Source: Thermoanaerobaculia bacterium
GTDB taxonomy: Bacteria; Acidobacteriota; Thermoanaerobaculia; Multivoradales; UBA5704
DNA: 64,000 nucleotides
Assembly: GCA_044226625.1 (NCBI GenBank)
Contig: JBGAGQ010000001.1
Coordinates: 192,001-256,000, forward strand
Direction: 5' to 3'
Positions within the stretch are counted from its first letter, which is position 1, and each line of letters begins with the position of its first letter. A model generated the notes under the pieces. It was not told where the DNA came from. It made no database searches and was given only the letters and a program-made list of their open reading frames with translations. The position numbers and the translations under genes are program-made. Below, piece after piece: positions 1 through 11,084 of the stretch.

Positions 1-1087
1 GCACGGCGATCCGCGCGGACACGTCCTCGCCCGCGGTCTCGGCGAGCACGATCGCCACCGTCGCCTCGACGGTGAACGCCACGTGATCGAGCCCCGGCGA
101 GTAGAACGGATCGAGGAAGGCCGCCGCGTCGCCGAGCAGGGCCCAGCCGGGTCCCATGTACTGGCGGCTGACGTAGGCGAGGTGCGAGTAGGACCGAAGG
201 TCGTCCTCGCGCATGCGCGCCCCCTCGAGCAGCTCGGCGAGCGCCGGGATGCTCCGAAGATGCGCTTCGTACGAGGCCGCGCGCTTGCTGCCCGAGATGT
301 CGAGCGAGAGGAGCCGCCGGTCGTAGACGACGCCGATCGAGGTCTCGCCGTTGCCGAGCGGGATCACCCAGACCCAATAGCCGCGCCCGAGGTAGTGATT
401 CGTCGCGAGGCGGCGGGTGCAGACGTTGCCGGCCGCAAGCGCCCCGTCGGCCCGCGACGCGAGTTCGTCGATGTGGCGCAGATTCTCCCAGCGCGCCCAG
501 ACCGCGCTGGTCGGATGCGCCTCGTTTCGCTCGACGAGCTGGAGCTGCTTGCCGAGGATGGTGGCGCGCCCCGAGGCGTCGAGCACCCAACGGCAGGCGA
601 TCGTGGTGCGGCCGGAATCGGTGTCCACGGTCACCCGATGGTCGTATTCGCCCACTTCGACCCCGGCTACGCGCGCCGGCCGCAACAGCTGGGCTCCCTC
701 CGCCACCGCCGTCGCGAGCACGTGCTCGTCGAGCTCGTCGCGACGCAGCTGAAAGGTCGGCACGGCGGTCTGCTGGTGCGGCCCGGTCTCGCTCGCCTCG
801 GCGTGGCCGTGGACGCGGGAGTTGCCGAACCAGAAACGCAGCCCCTCCTTGCGCAACTGCTTCCGCTCCAGGTGCTGCCACAACGCGAGCCGACGGGTGA
901 GGAACATGGCCGACATCTCGGTCGTCGCCTCGCCCACCTTGGCGTCGAACTTCGCCGCCTTTTCGATCACCAGGACCTCGAGCTCGGGCCGCTCGCGCTT
1001 GAGCAGCAGGGCCGCGGCGCCGCCGCTGATCGCGCCCCCCAGGATCACCACGTCGACCCGCCGTTCGCTCGTCGTCTCCGGCTTCAT
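1..1087 (-). CDS. FAD-dependent oxidoreductase, flavin-dependent halogenase-like (partial, runs off left edge)
   Basis: Manual minus-strand translation (not in ORF track): MKPETTSERRVDVVILGGAISGG (FAD-binding start), GYWVWVIPL (WxWxIP motif), LLGDAAAFLDPFYSPGLD; GAGGAG RBS upstream of ATG at 1087. Confidence 0.8.
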   Translation of the reverse strand, partial: MKPETTSERRVDVVILGGAISGGAAALLLKRERPELEVLVIEKAAKFDAKVGEATTEMSAMFLTRRLALWQHLERKQLRKEGLRFWFGNSRVHGHAEASETGPHQQTAVPTFQLRRDELDEHVLATAVAEGAQLLRPARVAGVEVGEYDHRVTVDTDSGRTTIACRWVLDASGRATILGKQLQLVERNEAHPTSAVWARWENLRHIDELASRADGALAAGNVCTRRLATNHYLGRGYWVWVIPLGNGETSIGVVYDRRLLSLDISGSKRAASYEAHLRSIPALAELLEGARMREDDLRSYSHLAYVSRQYMGPGWALLGDAAAFLDPFYSPGLDHVAFTVEATVAIVLAETAGEDVSARIAV

Positions 1088-1358
1088 CTCTCGGGCTCCT
1101 CGCGTCTCATCCCGGCCATCATAAACCCTGGGGCCGCCGGCACGTAGTTCGGTTCAGCGCGGTGGTTAGGCCCCCCTGCATCGCGCTCTTCGATTGGATC
1201 GTGCCCGTCGCGCCCACCCCAGCGCCGAGCCGATCCAAAATTGACCCAGTACTACATCGCGGATCGCCTCGGGCCTCGGCGCGCACCTAGCTAAGGAGAC
1301 GGCGTCGAATCTGACATCCAGCCTGCCGTTCGGCACATCTTATTTGGGAGGTCGCAGT

Positions 1359-1700
1359 GTGGACGCGGACCGAAGAAGGTTTCCCCGTTACGCGGTCGCG
1401 GGGTTGAAGGGTGGCTTGACCGCGCGAAGCGAATTCGTGGTGCTGCAACTCTCGCGCGGCGGCATGCTGATCGCCACCGATTTCGAGCCCCGCCTCGGCC
1501 AAGGGCTCGATCTCGACCTATCGTTTCACGGCTCAAAGTTTCGCCCCGGCGGCAAGGTGATCTTCGTCGGCGAAGACGTCCGAGCCCCGAAAGCTCGCCG
1601 CTTCCGGGTCGGCGTCGCCTTCGAAGGGCTGCCCCCCGAGCAGGAACGAACCCTCTCCGAGTTCATCGAAGAGGAGCTCGAAGGGGTGACGGGGGGCTAG
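1359..1700 (+). CDS. PilZ domain protein (putative c-di-GMP receptor)
   Basis: RRRFPR and QLSRGG motifs, C-terminal VGVAF; GGAGGT RBS before GTG at 1359. Confidence 0.75.
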   Translation: MDADRRRFPRYAVAGLKGGLTARSEFVVLQLSRGGMLIATDFEPRLGQGLDLDLSFHGSKFRPGGKVIFVGEDVRAPKARRFRVGVAFEGLPPEQERTLSEFIEEELEGVTGG

Positions 1701-1704
1701 AGGG

Positions 1705-2301
1705 TCAGGGGGACGGTCGAACGTCGGTCAGCGTCTTGAACAGGCGCTCGCAGTGAGGGGCTCGTTTGCGAACTCTGGCAGGGTCGATCCTGCCGAGCAG
1801 GTCGGCCGCGTGCCGAATCTTGTGGTACTCGCCCTTCTGGGTCTTCTCCGTCGCGCGCTTCAACGAGCGCTCCACATCGGACTTCGGAATCTCCTCAACG
1901 TTCTCGCGACCGGGCAGCCCGCCGACGCCAAAGTGCTGACCGTAATAGGCAGAAAGCGCTGCCGGATCGGCAAGAAACCACGATTCCATCAACTGGACCA
2001 TGAGGTGACATCGCTCCTCGGTGCCGAGCGGCAGGTCCCAAGTCCCACGGAGGTGCTTCCACGGCGTCGTGTCACCGGTCACGGGCCCCTCCGAATCGAC
2101 TAGAAGGAGATTCACCGCGTCCGAGTGGGAATCGAGCGCGAGCTTCCAATCTTTATACGCCTTGTCCCGTCGGCCGCAGGCGACGACCTGAACCGATACC
2201 CCCGCGTTATGGAACAACTGGCGAAAACCTCTTCGCAGGGCTTCCTTCGAGTCGCGGCTGTCGCCGCCCCCCTCCACGTAGATCCTGACTTCCGTCACCA
2301 C
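1705..2301 (-). CDS. DUF4276 family protein (TOPRIM-like)
   Basis: IYVEGGG, LLVDSEGP, MESWFLADP, YHKIRHA motifs; start overlaps stop of the upstream ATPase. Confidence 0.75.
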   Translation of the reverse strand: MVTEVRIYVEGGGDSRDSKEALRRGFRQLFHNAGVSVQVVACGRRDKAYKDWKLALDSHSDAVNLLLVDSEGPVTGDTTPWKHLRGTWDLPLGTEERCHLMVQLMESWFLADPAALSAYYGQHFGVGGLPGRENVEEIPKSDVERSLKRATEKTQKGEYHKIRHAADLLGRIDPARVRKRAPHCERLFKTLTDVRPSP

Positions 2302-3476
2302 CGGTTCCCGCCCAGCTCGCCCATCCGCCAAAGATCGCCTAGCCGGTACTCCTCCAGCCATTTCGCCAACCTCGCCGGTTCCAGGCGTCGGAGCGTCGTC
2401 CCCTGTTCTCCCCTCTCGGCGACCACGACGGCCTCAGGAACCTCGGACAGGCCGGCGATCAGCGCGTCGGAGTGCGTCGTCACGATCAATTGAGTCCGCT
2501 GAGATGCCTCGATCAACAACTCGCCAAGGGCGGACACCGCGTCGGGGTGAAGGCCGAGCTCCGGCTCCTCGATGCAGACGAGAGGTGGCGGCTTCGGGTG
2601 GAGAAGGATCGCCAGCAGGCAGAGGAAATGAAGCGTCCCATCGGAGAGCCGGGCGGCCGGCACGGCCGACCGGAGTCCCTTTTCGTGCAGGGTCACTTCG
2701 ATGAATCCGACCCGCACGTTCAGGGAGATGTCCTCGACCCACTCGTGGACCAACCGAAGCCTCTCCAGCGCGGCAGCGCGCAGGCCCGGCCGCCCGATCA
2801 AATCGCTCAGCGCGAGTCCGAAGTTGCTGCCATCTTCGAGCAAGAAGCCGCTCGGAAGATCAGCGCGCTGCGCCTGGTGGAGCTTGTTTCCAGCCGTCCA
2901 GGCGCCGAAGAACGAAATTTCCTGGAGCCGATCTCCGAGCAGCGTCAGATACCCGTACGCGACGGGATCGCGAACCTGCGAGAAGACCGACTCGTCCTCC
3001 TTCATTTCGATGTCGACCTTCTTGCCAGCGTCCTCCCGGAGGACCACCGCCGTGCGGCCGAGGCGTCGAACGATCGGGTTGGGGTCGGGATGGTCGAGAG
3101 TCGGCGTATCGCCAAGCCGCTCTTCGTCGACCTTCAGCCACTCGCTTACCGGTGTTCTCTCGGCATGAAATCGGATGAGGTAGGACAGCGGAGGATCGAC
3201 TACCGATCGGTCGAAATCCACGGCTAGCCCGGCGGGCGCTTCCCCGCCCCCCTTCCACATCCACTCCCCGATTCCGCTGTTGTCCCGGCGCGGAGGGCTC
3301 TTGATGTCCCGCGGCGCCGCCTGCAATAGCCGCAGCGCCTGGATCAAATTGCTCTTGCCCGTGGCGTTCGCGCCGATCAGGACGTTCAACGGCTCCAGCT
3401 CGAGCTTCACCCCCTCCGGCCCGTAGGAGAGGAGGTTTCTGAGCTCGATCGAGCGGAGAAACCGCTTGCCGTCCAT
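2295..3476 (-). CDS. AAA_21/ABC-type ATPase (COG4637-like)
   Basis: Walker A GANATGKS, signature LSDGT, Walker B IEEPELGLHP, H-loop TTHS. Confidence 0.85.
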   Translation of the reverse strand: MDGKRFLRSIELRNLLSYGPEGVKLELEPLNVLIGANATGKSNLIQALRLLQAAPRDIKSPPRRDNSGIGEWMWKGGGEAPAGLAVDFDRSVVDPPLSYLIRFHAERTPVSEWLKVDEERLGDTPTLDHPDPNPIVRRLGRTAVVLREDAGKKVDIEMKEDESVFSQVRDPVAYGYLTLLGDRLQEISFFGAWTAGNKLHQAQRADLPSGFLLEDGSNFGLALSDLIGRPGLRAAALERLRLVHEWVEDISLNVRVGFIEVTLHEKGLRSAVPAARLSDGTLHFLCLLAILLHPKPPPLVCIEEPELGLHPDAVSALGELLIEASQRTQLIVTTHSDALIAGLSEVPEAVVVAERGEQGTTLRRLEPARLAKWLEEYRLGDLWRMGELGGNRW

Positions 3477-3482
3477 CCGGCG

Positions 3483-5906
3483 CTACAGCTCCGGCCAGCG
3501 GCGCGGATCGCTTTCGTGGGCGATCGCGTAGACGGCGTCGAAGATCGACTCCTTGTTCGGCTTGGACCAGTAGTCGCCGTCCGAGCCGTAGGCGGGGCGG
3601 TGGGCTTCGGCGGCGAGCGTCTTCGGGGCCGCGTCGAGCCAGGAGTAGCCCCCTTGCATCTCGAGGATCTGTTGGAGCATCGAGGCGGAAGCGCCGCCCG
3701 GGACGTCCTCGTCGACGCAAAGGAGGCGGTTGGTCTTCTTGAGCGATTCGACGATCCGCCCGTCGACGTCGAACGGCAGCAGGGTCTGGACGTCGATCAC
3801 CTCAGCCTCGACGCCGACCTTGGCGAGCGCTTCCGCCGCTTCGAGCGCGACGCGGCAGCAGGCGCCGTAGGTGACGACGGTGACGTCGCTCCCCTCCCGC
3901 AGCACCTCCGGCACCCCAAGCGGCACCGTGAAATCGCCCACGTTGGCGGGCAGGCGCTCTTTCAGCCGATAGCCGTTCAGCACCTCGACGACGATCGCCG
4001 GATCGTCGCCTTGAAGCAGCAGGTTGTACATGCCCGCGGCCTGGGTCATGTTGCGCGGCACGCAGACGTGAACGCCGCGGACCAGGTGGATGACGCCGGC
4101 CATCGGGGAGCCCGAATGCCAAATCCCCTCGAGGCGATGCCCGCGCGTGCGCACGATGACCGGCGCCGCCTGCTTACCCGCCGAGCGGTAGCGCAGCGTC
4201 GCGAGATCGTCCGAGATGATCTGCAGGGCATAGAGGATGTAATCGAGATACTGGATCTCCGCGATCGGCCGGATGCCGCGCATCGCGAGCCCGATCGCCT
4301 GGCCTAGGATGGTCGTCTCGCGGATGCCCGTATCCGCCACGCGCAGCTCGCCGAACTTCGCCTGAAGGCCCAAGAAGCCCTGGTTGACGTCGCCGAGCTG
4401 GCCGAGGTCCTCCCCCATCGCGACGAGCTCGGGATAACGGGCGAGGGCCGCGTCGAAGCAGGCGTTCAGAACCTCGAAACCGTTCACGTTCGGAGCGTCT
4501 TCGGCGTAACGGGGCGGGACGATCGGCCGCGCGAGCGGCGAGCGCGGCGTCTCGCTGAGCAGGTGCGAGCCGTAGAGATCGGCGTTCGCCGCCTCGAATC
4601 CGCGGCGCCACCCCGCGAGCCGCTCGGCCGCGGGACCACGGGCCGCGATTCCCGCGGTCGCCACGCGGGCGGAGTGCGCCGCGGCCGAGATGTCGCGGCG
4701 GAGCGCGGTCGCATGGCGGCGCAGCTCGTCGGCGATCTTCGTCACCTCTCCCGCCGACTCGCCGCCGCACTCCTGCGCGACCTCACCGAGCAGGCCGAGC
4801 ACGAACGATTTTTCGACCTCGATCGGCGCCCGGAAGTGGTCCCAGGCCCGCCGTTGCGCGTCGCGCACGGCGATTCTCTCTTCCTCATCGATCGCCGCGA
4901 GCTCCGACTCGCTCTCGAAGCCCTCCGCGACGATCCATTCGCGCATCCGCTTGATGCCGTCGAGCTCGACCTCCCAGGCCAGCCGCTCCTTCGACTTGTA
5001 GCGCTCATGGCTGCCGGAGGTCGAATGCCCCTGCGGCTGGGTGATCTCGACGACGTGGATCACCGCCGGGACGTGGTCGCGGCGGGCGACCTCGGCGGCC
5101 TTCCGATAGGTCTCGCACAGGGCCGGATAGTCCCATCCCTTGACGCGATAGAGGTCGAGCCCCTCGCGGGTCCCAGGCGCGCGGCGAAACCCTTCGAGCA
5201 ACGCCGACATATCCCCTTTGGCTACCTGAAGGTCGTTCGGCACCGAGATGCCGTAGCCGTCGTCCCAGACCGAGAGGATCATCGGCACGCGCAGCACGCA
5301 GGCGGCATTGATCGACTCCCAGACCATCCCCTCGGCGCAACTCGCGTTGCCGATCGTGCCCCAGGCGACCTCGCGCCCGCCGACCGAAAAGCCGGTGCGG
5401 TCGGCGAGCGCCGGAAGCTCGCGATAGAGCTTCGAGGCCTGCGCGAGCCCGACCAGCCGCGGCATCTGCGAGCCCGTGGGCGAGACGTCGGCAGAAGAGT
5501 TGAAGCGATCGGTCTGCGGCAACGGCTCGCCGTTCTCGTCGACCATCCAGGTGGCGAAGTGCGCGGTCATCGACCGTCCGGCCGAGCAGGGCTCGCGCTC
5601 GAGGTCCGGATCGGCATAGAGCTGGGCGAAGAACTGCTCGACCGTGAGCAGGTCGAGCGCCATCATCACGGTCTGGTCGCGGTAGTACCCCGAGCGGACG
5701 TCGCCCTTCTCGAACGCCCGCGCGAGCGCGAGCTGGGCGATCTCCTTGCCGTCGCCGAAAATGCCGAATTTCGCCTTGCCGGTCAGCACCTCGCGTCGTC
5801 CGAGCAGGCTCGTATGCCGGCTCCGGACGGCGATCCGGAAGTCGGCGATCGCCTGCTCGCGGGGGATCGCGGACGTAAGGCGTGGAGCGGGCTCGGCGAT
5901 CGACAT
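3483..5906 (-). CDS. 2-oxoacid dehydrogenase E1, fused alpha/beta subunit (TPP-dependent)
   Basis: [24 protein letters not shown] region, [10 protein letters not shown], transketolase-like C-terminal domains; start trimmed to MSIAEP. Confidence 0.85.
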   Translation of the reverse strand: MSIAEPAPRLTSAIPREQAIADFRIAVRSRHTSLLGRREVLTGKAKFGIFGDGKEIAQLALARAFEKGDVRSGYYRDQTVMMALDLLTVEQFFAQLYADPDLEREPCSAGRSMTAHFATWMVDENGEPLPQTDRFNSSADVSPTGSQMPRLVGLAQASKLYRELPALADRTGFSVGGREVAWGTIGNASCAEGMVWESINAACVLRVPMILSVWDDGYGISVPNDLQVAKGDMSALLEGFRRAPGTREGLDLYRVKGWDYPALCETYRKAAEVARRDHVPAVIHVVEITQPQGHSTSGSHERYKSKERLAWEVELDGIKRMREWIVAEGFESESELAAIDEEERIAVRDAQRRAWDHFRAPIEVEKSFVLGLLGEVAQECGGESAGEVTKIADELRRHATALRRDISAAAHSARVATAGIAARGPAAERLAGWRRGFEAANADLYGSHLLSETPRSPLARPIVPPRYAEDAPNVNGFEVLNACFDAALARYPELVAMGEDLGQLGDVNQGFLGLQAKFGELRVADTGIRETTILGQAIGLAMRGIRPIAEIQYLDYILYALQIISDDLATLRYRSAGKQAAPVIVRTRGHRLEGIWHSGSPMAGVIHLVRGVHVCVPRNMTQAAGMYNLLLQGDDPAIVVEVLNGYRLKERLPANVGDFTVPLGVPEVLREGSDVTVVTYGACCRVALEAAEALAKVGVEAEVIDVQTLLPFDVDGRIVESLKKTNRLLCVDEDVPGGASASMLQQILEMQGGYSWLDAAPKTLAAEAHRPAYGSDGDYWSKPNKESIFDAVYAIAHESDPRRWPEL

Positions 5907-6042
5907 CGTGACAATCCTCGGGCTTGATACGCCGGCCCCATGCCGGCAGGTTCGGACGAATGGACGGACCGGATCGAAATCGTAGCATGGGGTCCGGACC
6001 GGCCGAATTGGCGGGCGCCCGGCGATCTGCCAGAATTCCACG

Positions 6043-7716
6043 GTGCCGCCTGAAGAGCCCGCGCTGGACGTCGCCGAGGAGACGGCTCGAGCGGAGGACC
6101 GTCCCGGGAGCGATCCCCCGACGCCGCCGCGATCGGCCCCCGGCAGGACCCGGCGCCTCTCCCTCCTCGGAGTCCTCGCGTTCTTCGCCGTGCTCCTGGG
6201 CGTCGGATACCAGCAGGCCCGCCTCATCACCCAGCCCGAGGAGGTGCTGCTCGAGCTGGTCCCCGACGACGCCTTCTACTACCTCCAGATCGCTCGACAT
6301 TTCGCGGCCGGCGACGGCTCGACGTTCGACGGAGAGAACCGCGCGAGCGGCTACCACCCCGGCTGGATGGCGCTTCTCGTCCCCGTCGCCGCGGCGCAGC
6401 CCGCCTCGCCGTGGCTGCTGCGCTCGGCGCTCGCGCTCTCGTTCCTCTTCCACGCGGCGGCGGCGTTCGCGTCGATCGGTCTGATGCGGCGGTTCACTAC
6501 ACCGGGCCTCGCGATCGTCGGAGGGATCTGCTGGCTCCTGAACCCGTTCGCCCTCCTCCTCTCGCTCCAGGGGGTCGAGTCGGCGCTCTACGCGTTCGCC
6601 CTGGTCGTCCTGCTGCGCACCGCCGCGCGTTTCGTTGCGGCCGAAACCGCGTCGTCCCGACTCCACTTGGCCCTCGCCGGTGCGCTCGCTTTCTGCTTCT
6701 ACGCCCGCACCGAGGCGGGCATCCTCGCGGTCGTCACCTTCGTCGCGGCGCCCGCCCTCCGCGGGATGTCATGGCGCGAGATCCTTCGCTCGGCCTTTCG
6801 ACTCGGGCTCCTCTTCACCCTCCTGGTCCTCCCCTGGTTCCTGTTCTGCTGGATGGCGACCGGGTCGCCCTGGCAGAGCAGCGGAGCGGCCAAATGGCTT
6901 TGGGGGGATCGCGCGCTCGGCGATCTCGGCTTCGGCGCTCGGCTCGGCCATGCGCTGTCGTTCCTCGGTCTCGATTGGCTCCAATCCGCCTGGAGGATCA
7001 CCGCCGCCTCGCCGCTCGAGAAGCTCCATACCTTCACCTGGGCGGCGACCGTTCCGGCGCTCCTCGCCCTTTTCGCGATCGGCCGCGGCAAGGCGCACCG
7101 CCCGCTCCTCTTCGCCACGCTCTGGCTGCTCGCGGCGACCCTCGCCACGGGGCTGGTCTACGGGCTGTTCCACTCGGAATTCCAGATCTGGTACTACACC
7201 CAGCCCGCGCTGTTCCTGTTCCTCCTCACCTTCCTCTGGATCGCGCGACTGGCCGAGGAGCCGCGGCGCCTCCGTCGATTCCTGGGCGTCGCTCTCCCCG
7301 CCGTCTTGCTCGCGCTCTCCTTCGTCGAAGCCGGCCTGTTCTACCGCTTTCCCCGCTCGCTCTACCCCTGGCAGTTCCAGTTTCTGACCTCTCAGCACGA
7401 GTTCGAAAAGCTCGTCCCCGCGGGCGAGCCGATCGGCTGCTTCAACGCCGGCATCCCCGCCTTCTACAGCCGAGGCCGGGTGATCAACCTCGACGGGCTG
7501 GTGAACTCGACGGTCCTGCCCTACTACCGCGCCCGCCGCTTCGACCGCTACCTCCTCGACCACGGCATCCACTACATCGCCGACGTCCAGCCCGTCCTCG
7601 CACGGACGGCGAAATTCATGGAAAGCCCGCTCCGCCTCCACCCGATCGCGGCGGTCGAGCTGAAAGGGTGGTACGCGCCGTATCGGTTCCTCTGGCAGGT
7701 GGGGGCGGAGAGGTAG
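6043..7716 (+). CDS. Polytopic membrane protein, GT-C glycosyltransferase-like
   Basis: First-loop [12 protein letters not shown] motif, G-Y-H-P-x-W, RTE motif, many hydrophobic helices, VINLDGLVN. Confidence 0.65.
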   Translation: MPPEEPALDVAEETARAEDRPGSDPPTPPRSAPGRTRRLSLLGVLAFFAVLLGVGYQQARLITQPEEVLLELVPDDAFYYLQIARHFAAGDGSTFDGENRASGYHPGWMALLVPVAAAQPASPWLLRSALALSFLFHAAAAFASIGLMRRFTTPGLAIVGGICWLLNPFALLLSLQGVESALYAFALVVLLRTAARFVAAETASSRLHLALAGALAFCFYARTEAGILAVVTFVAAPALRGMSWREILRSAFRLGLLFTLLVLPWFLFCWMATGSPWQSSGAAKWLWGDRALGDLGFGARLGHALSFLGLDWLQSAWRITAASPLEKLHTFTWAATVPALLALFAIGRGKAHRPLLFATLWLLAATLATGLVYGLFHSEFQIWYYTQPALFLFLLTFLWIARLAEEPRRLRRFLGVALPAVLLALSFVEAGLFYRFPRSLYPWQFQFLTSQHEFEKLVPAGEPIGCFNAGIPAFYSRGRVINLDGLVNSTVLPYYRARRFDRYLLDHGIHYIADVQPVLARTAKFMESPLRLHPIAAVELKGWYAPYRFLWQVGAER

Positions 7717-7850
7717 AAGGCGTTGCTTTGCGCCGCGGGGGTCGCCGAGAACAGCTCGGCGGTTTCGGTTCCTTCCGCCGCTTCGATGCCGAGCTGGTGC
7801 TCGGCGGTCCCGGGATCGACGGCGTCGAACGGCCGACCGGAGACGAACCT

Positions 7851-9080
7851 CTAGAACCGGTGCCAGGGGAGAACGCGAATCTCCGGCACGAGCGAGGAGG
7901 CGTTCTCCGCCGCGGCGACAAGCAGACCGCTTCCCGCCTTCTCCCCCGCGAGCGACCGCCAGCGCGTCAGGTTTTCGACTTGGCCGGGGCGCGGCGTGGT
8001 CGCGGCTTTGATCTCGATCGGGTGGAGCTTGCCGGACCGTTCGACGAGCAGGTCGACCTCGTGCCCTTCCCGCGAGCGCCAGTACCAGAGAGCCGGCGGA
8101 AGCCCCCGGTGGTGGAAGACCTTCGCGATCTCAGCGACCACCGCAGTCTCGAAAAGGGCGCCGGCCATCGGTCCGCGCAAAACGGCGTCCTCGTCCTTGA
8201 GGCCGAGGAGAAAGCAGACCAGGCCGGTGTCGAGCCAGTAGAGCTTCGGCGCCTTGATCAGCCGCTTGCCGAAGTTCTCGAGGTAGGGGCGCAGCAGGAA
8301 AACCAAGTGGCTCGCTTCGAGAACCGAAAGCCACTGCCGGACGGTCGGCGGCGACACCCCGACGTCGCGGGCGAGGTCGACCAGGTTGAGCACCTGCCCC
8401 GTGCGCGCCGCGGCCAACCGCAGGAAGGTCTGGAACGCCCCGAGGTCGCGGACGCCGAGGACCGACCGAACATCGCGTTCGAGATAGGTCTGGACGTAGC
8501 TCGAAAGCCAGAGCTGGCGGTCGACCTGGCGGTCTTTCCAGAGCTGTGGAAAGCCCCCCTGAAGGAGCCATTGCGCGAGATCCGGCGTGGCGTCGGGAGA
8601 CTTCGTCTCCGGCCGCGCGGCGAACATCTCGCCGAGGACCGCTTCAACCGAGTCCAGTTCCCGCGCGCGGCGCGAGATCTCGTCCCAGGAGAGCGGCAGC
8701 AGCGTGAGCACCGCCACCCGGCCCGCGAGCGACTGGCTGGTCCCCTGGATCAGCGGAAAGCTCTGCGATCCGGAGAGGAGCCAGCGTCCGGGTCGGCGGT
8801 CTTCGTCGATCTCGACCTGCAGATAGGAGAGCAGCTCGGGCGCGTTCTGGATTTCGTCCAGGATCACCGGCGCCGGGTGATCGGCGAGGAATCCGACCGG
8901 ATCGGCCAGAGCGCGCTCCCTGACGTGCGGCGCTTCGAGCGAGACGTAGCGGTGCGTCGCCTCGAAGCGGGTCCGGAGCAGCGTGGTCTTTCCCGATTGA
9001 CGCGGCCCCGTCACCAGAACCGCCGGGAAGCCCTGGACGGCGGTCTCCAGCAGTCCGGAGAGGGTGCGCGGAAGGAGCAT
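7851..9080 (-). CDS. ATP-binding protein, AAA_14 + DUF4143
   Basis: GPRQSGKT, ILDEIQ, GGFP, YLERD, KLYWLDTG, C-terminal EVD..IEIK nuclease-like motif. Confidence 0.9.
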   Translation of the reverse strand: MLLPRTLSGLLETAVQGFPAVLVTGPRQSGKTTLLRTRFEATHRYVSLEAPHVRERALADPVGFLADHPAPVILDEIQNAPELLSYLQVEIDEDRRPGRWLLSGSQSFPLIQGTSQSLAGRVAVLTLLPLSWDEISRRARELDSVEAVLGEMFAARPETKSPDATPDLAQWLLQGGFPQLWKDRQVDRQLWLSSYVQTYLERDVRSVLGVRDLGAFQTFLRLAAARTGQVLNLVDLARDVGVSPPTVRQWLSVLEASHLVFLLRPYLENFGKRLIKAPKLYWLDTGLVCFLLGLKDEDAVLRGPMAGALFETAVVAEIAKVFHHRGLPPALWYWRSREGHEVDLLVERSGKLHPIEIKAATTPRPGQVENLTRWRSLAGEKAGSGLLVAAAENASSLVPEIRVLPWHRF

Positions 9081-9086
9081 GCCAGA

Positions 9087-9116
9087 AGTCTAAACTTTCG
9101 CGGATCGAAAGTTCAA
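9087..9116 (-). promoter_or_regulatory. Putative sigma70 promoter with overlapping palindromic operator for the DUF4143 ATPase
   Basis: Minus strand TTGAAC-N18-TAGACT ending 6 nt before the ATG, no RBS; palindrome AACTTTCG-N5-CGAAAGTT at 9093-9113. Confidence 0.5.
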
Positions 9117-9154
9117 TTTTCGATGTGCGGAGGTTCCGAGTCGCGTCCGAACGC

Positions 9155-9658
9155 CTAGTCGCTGCCGATCCACCCCGTCCGCGTGTCGTCTTCGAGCCGG
9201 TAGTAGCGCCGGTCCGCCCAGTCGTAGAACGTCTGGAAGCTCGTGAGCGGCGCCCCCGCGACCTCGACTACGACGCCCGCTTCCACCGCGCGCCGGATCT
9301 CGCGCAGGCTCTCGACCAGCGAGTGCCAGGAGGTCGGGTTGTCGTGGGACGCGTCGAGCGCCTCCAGATCGGCCGCGGGGAGCACATAGCGCTCCCGCGG
9401 GACGAAGACCTCGACGTCGCCGCTCGACGTCGCCTGATCGAAGGCCTCGTCGCTCGCGAGCATCCTCCAGAGGAAACGCCCCTCGGGGTCGAACCACGGC
9501 CCCGGCCAACCCAGCTTCGCCGCCAGGCTTCGAGCCGAGACCTGGTCCCGCCACAGAATTCCCAAAGTCCCCCGTTCGTGCGCCGCGACCGCCGCTCGCC
9601 GCTCCCCGGGACCCACCCGGGTCATCGCCCAAGCGGGAAGAGTTCGTGCCGTGTTCAA
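9155..9658 (-). CDS. Hypothetical protein
   Basis: 167-aa ORF with protein-like composition filling the gap between two ATPase genes; start uncertain. Confidence 0.55.
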   Translation of the reverse strand: MNTARTLPAWAMTRVGPGERRAAVAAHERGTLGILWRDQVSARSLAAKLGWPGPWFDPEGRFLWRMLASDEAFDQATSSGDVEVFVPRERYVLPAADLEALDASHDNPTSWHSLVESLREIRRAVEAGVVVEVAGAPLTSFQTFYDWADRRYYRLEDDTRTGWIGSD

Positions 9659-9854
9659 GAGAGGCTCCTTACGGGAGGACGCCGGCTGCTCCTTGGATTT
9701 GTCGACTGTTTCGCTACTCTACCTTTCATGGGAGCCTGGCCGAACGGGTAACCAAGAAGCGCTGGGCCTTCCCGGTGCTTGCGCCAAACGTAACGACAGC
9801 CAGCATGCATGGGCGGGTGCTACGATCTCGGTGTCGTCCGATACGGAGAATCCC

Positions 9855-11060
9855 ATGGCGCGAGCCACCCGCCCATACATCACGAAGATCGAGCTTGTCG
9901 ACATTCGGGGATTTCGCAACTTGGCACTCGACATTCGGGTGGACGAGGCAGCACCCCGCCTTCGCACTTTGATCATCGGCAAGAACGGGACAGGAAAGTC
10001 GACCCTATTACGCTCGATCGTCCTGGGTCTTGTTCATCACGACGAAGCAGCAGGGCTATTCTCAACGCCTCTCGGCGCCCTGCAAACCCGTGGCACAGTG
10101 GGCCGAGTGGGCATTCAACTCTCAGATATGAGTACGGGAATCTTTGGAATACAGAGGAAAGAAGAGTCGCAATCCTCTACGATCTTTTCCACCTCCCAGC
10201 ACCAGAAGGCCTTCATTTGCGGCTACGGCGCTGGGCGATATGGGACCAAGGTAGAACAGAGGCCGGGGTACAGCGCGTCCGCGGCGGTGTCTTCCCTGTT
10301 CCGGTATGAGCAGGCACTGCTCGGACCGGAACTCACGCTCTACCGCCTCAAATCGATATTCGACTCTGAGACCTATCGCCGAACGATGAAAGGTCTGAAG
10401 CGAGCGCTTGGCCTCGCTGAAGCGGACGACGTCTCGCCCCGCCGAGGCGGCGGGATCGAGGTCTCAGGCCCATCGGTCGGCGGCACGATCCCCTTCGAAT
10501 CCTGGGCGGACGGATACCGCCTCACCTTCAGCTGGATCTTGGACCTCTACGGCTGGGCAATGCAGGCGGAGGCGATCGACGAGGAGGGGCACGTCGAAGG
10601 CATCCTGCTGATCGACGAGATCGAGCAGCATCTTCACCCTTCGATGCAGGCGGAGATCCTCCCTCGGCTCGCCGAGCTGTTCCCCAAGATGCAGATCTTC
10701 GCCACTACCCACAGCCCGCTCGTGGCACTCGACGCGAAGCCGGAAGAGCTGGTGGTGCTCAAGCGCGAGGGCGATGAGGTGGTCGCGGTCGAAGACGTGC
10801 CCGATTTCGCCGGCTATTCGGTCGAGGACATGCTCGCCGATCCGCGCATCTTCGACAGCGAGGTCTACGGCAGCGAGATGCGCGACAAGCTCGGCCGGTA
10901 TCGCGAGCTGGCCGCCGTACCGAAAGCCGAACGGAGCCCCGTCCTGCGCGGCGAGCTGCATTCCCTGGCGACGGAGCTCCGTTCGCTCGAAACCTATTCC
11001 GATCAAGAGAACGAGACCGCGAAGCTCCTCCGCGGGCTCGTCGCGAAGTACGACCTCTAG
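9855..11060 (+). CDS. AAA/ABC ATPase, Septu PtuA-like
   Basis: ITKIELVDIRGF, GKNGTGKS, GYGAGR, LLIDEIEQHLHP, ATTHSP; GGAG before ATG at 9855. Confidence 0.8.
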   Translation: MARATRPYITKIELVDIRGFRNLALDIRVDEAAPRLRTLIIGKNGTGKSTLLRSIVLGLVHHDEAAGLFSTPLGALQTRGTVGRVGIQLSDMSTGIFGIQRKEESQSSTIFSTSQHQKAFICGYGAGRYGTKVEQRPGYSASAAVSSLFRYEQALLGPELTLYRLKSIFDSETYRRTMKGLKRALGLAEADDVSPRRGGGIEVSGPSVGGTIPFESWADGYRLTFSWILDLYGWAMQAEAIDEEGHVEGILLIDEIEQHLHPSMQAEILPRLAELFPKMQIFATTHSPLVALDAKPEELVVLKREGDEVVAVEDVPDFAGYSVEDMLADPRIFDSEVYGSEMRDKLGRYRELAAVPKAERSPVLRGELHSLATELRSLETYSDQENETAKLLRGLVAKYDL

Positions 11061-11084
11061 TTCCGATCTCCAATCCATCGGCGC

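Noticed and set aside
1084-1110. 8-codon uORF (MRREEPER) overlapping the halogenase start
   Set aside because: Could easily arise by chance around a purine-rich RBS; no supporting attenuator structure
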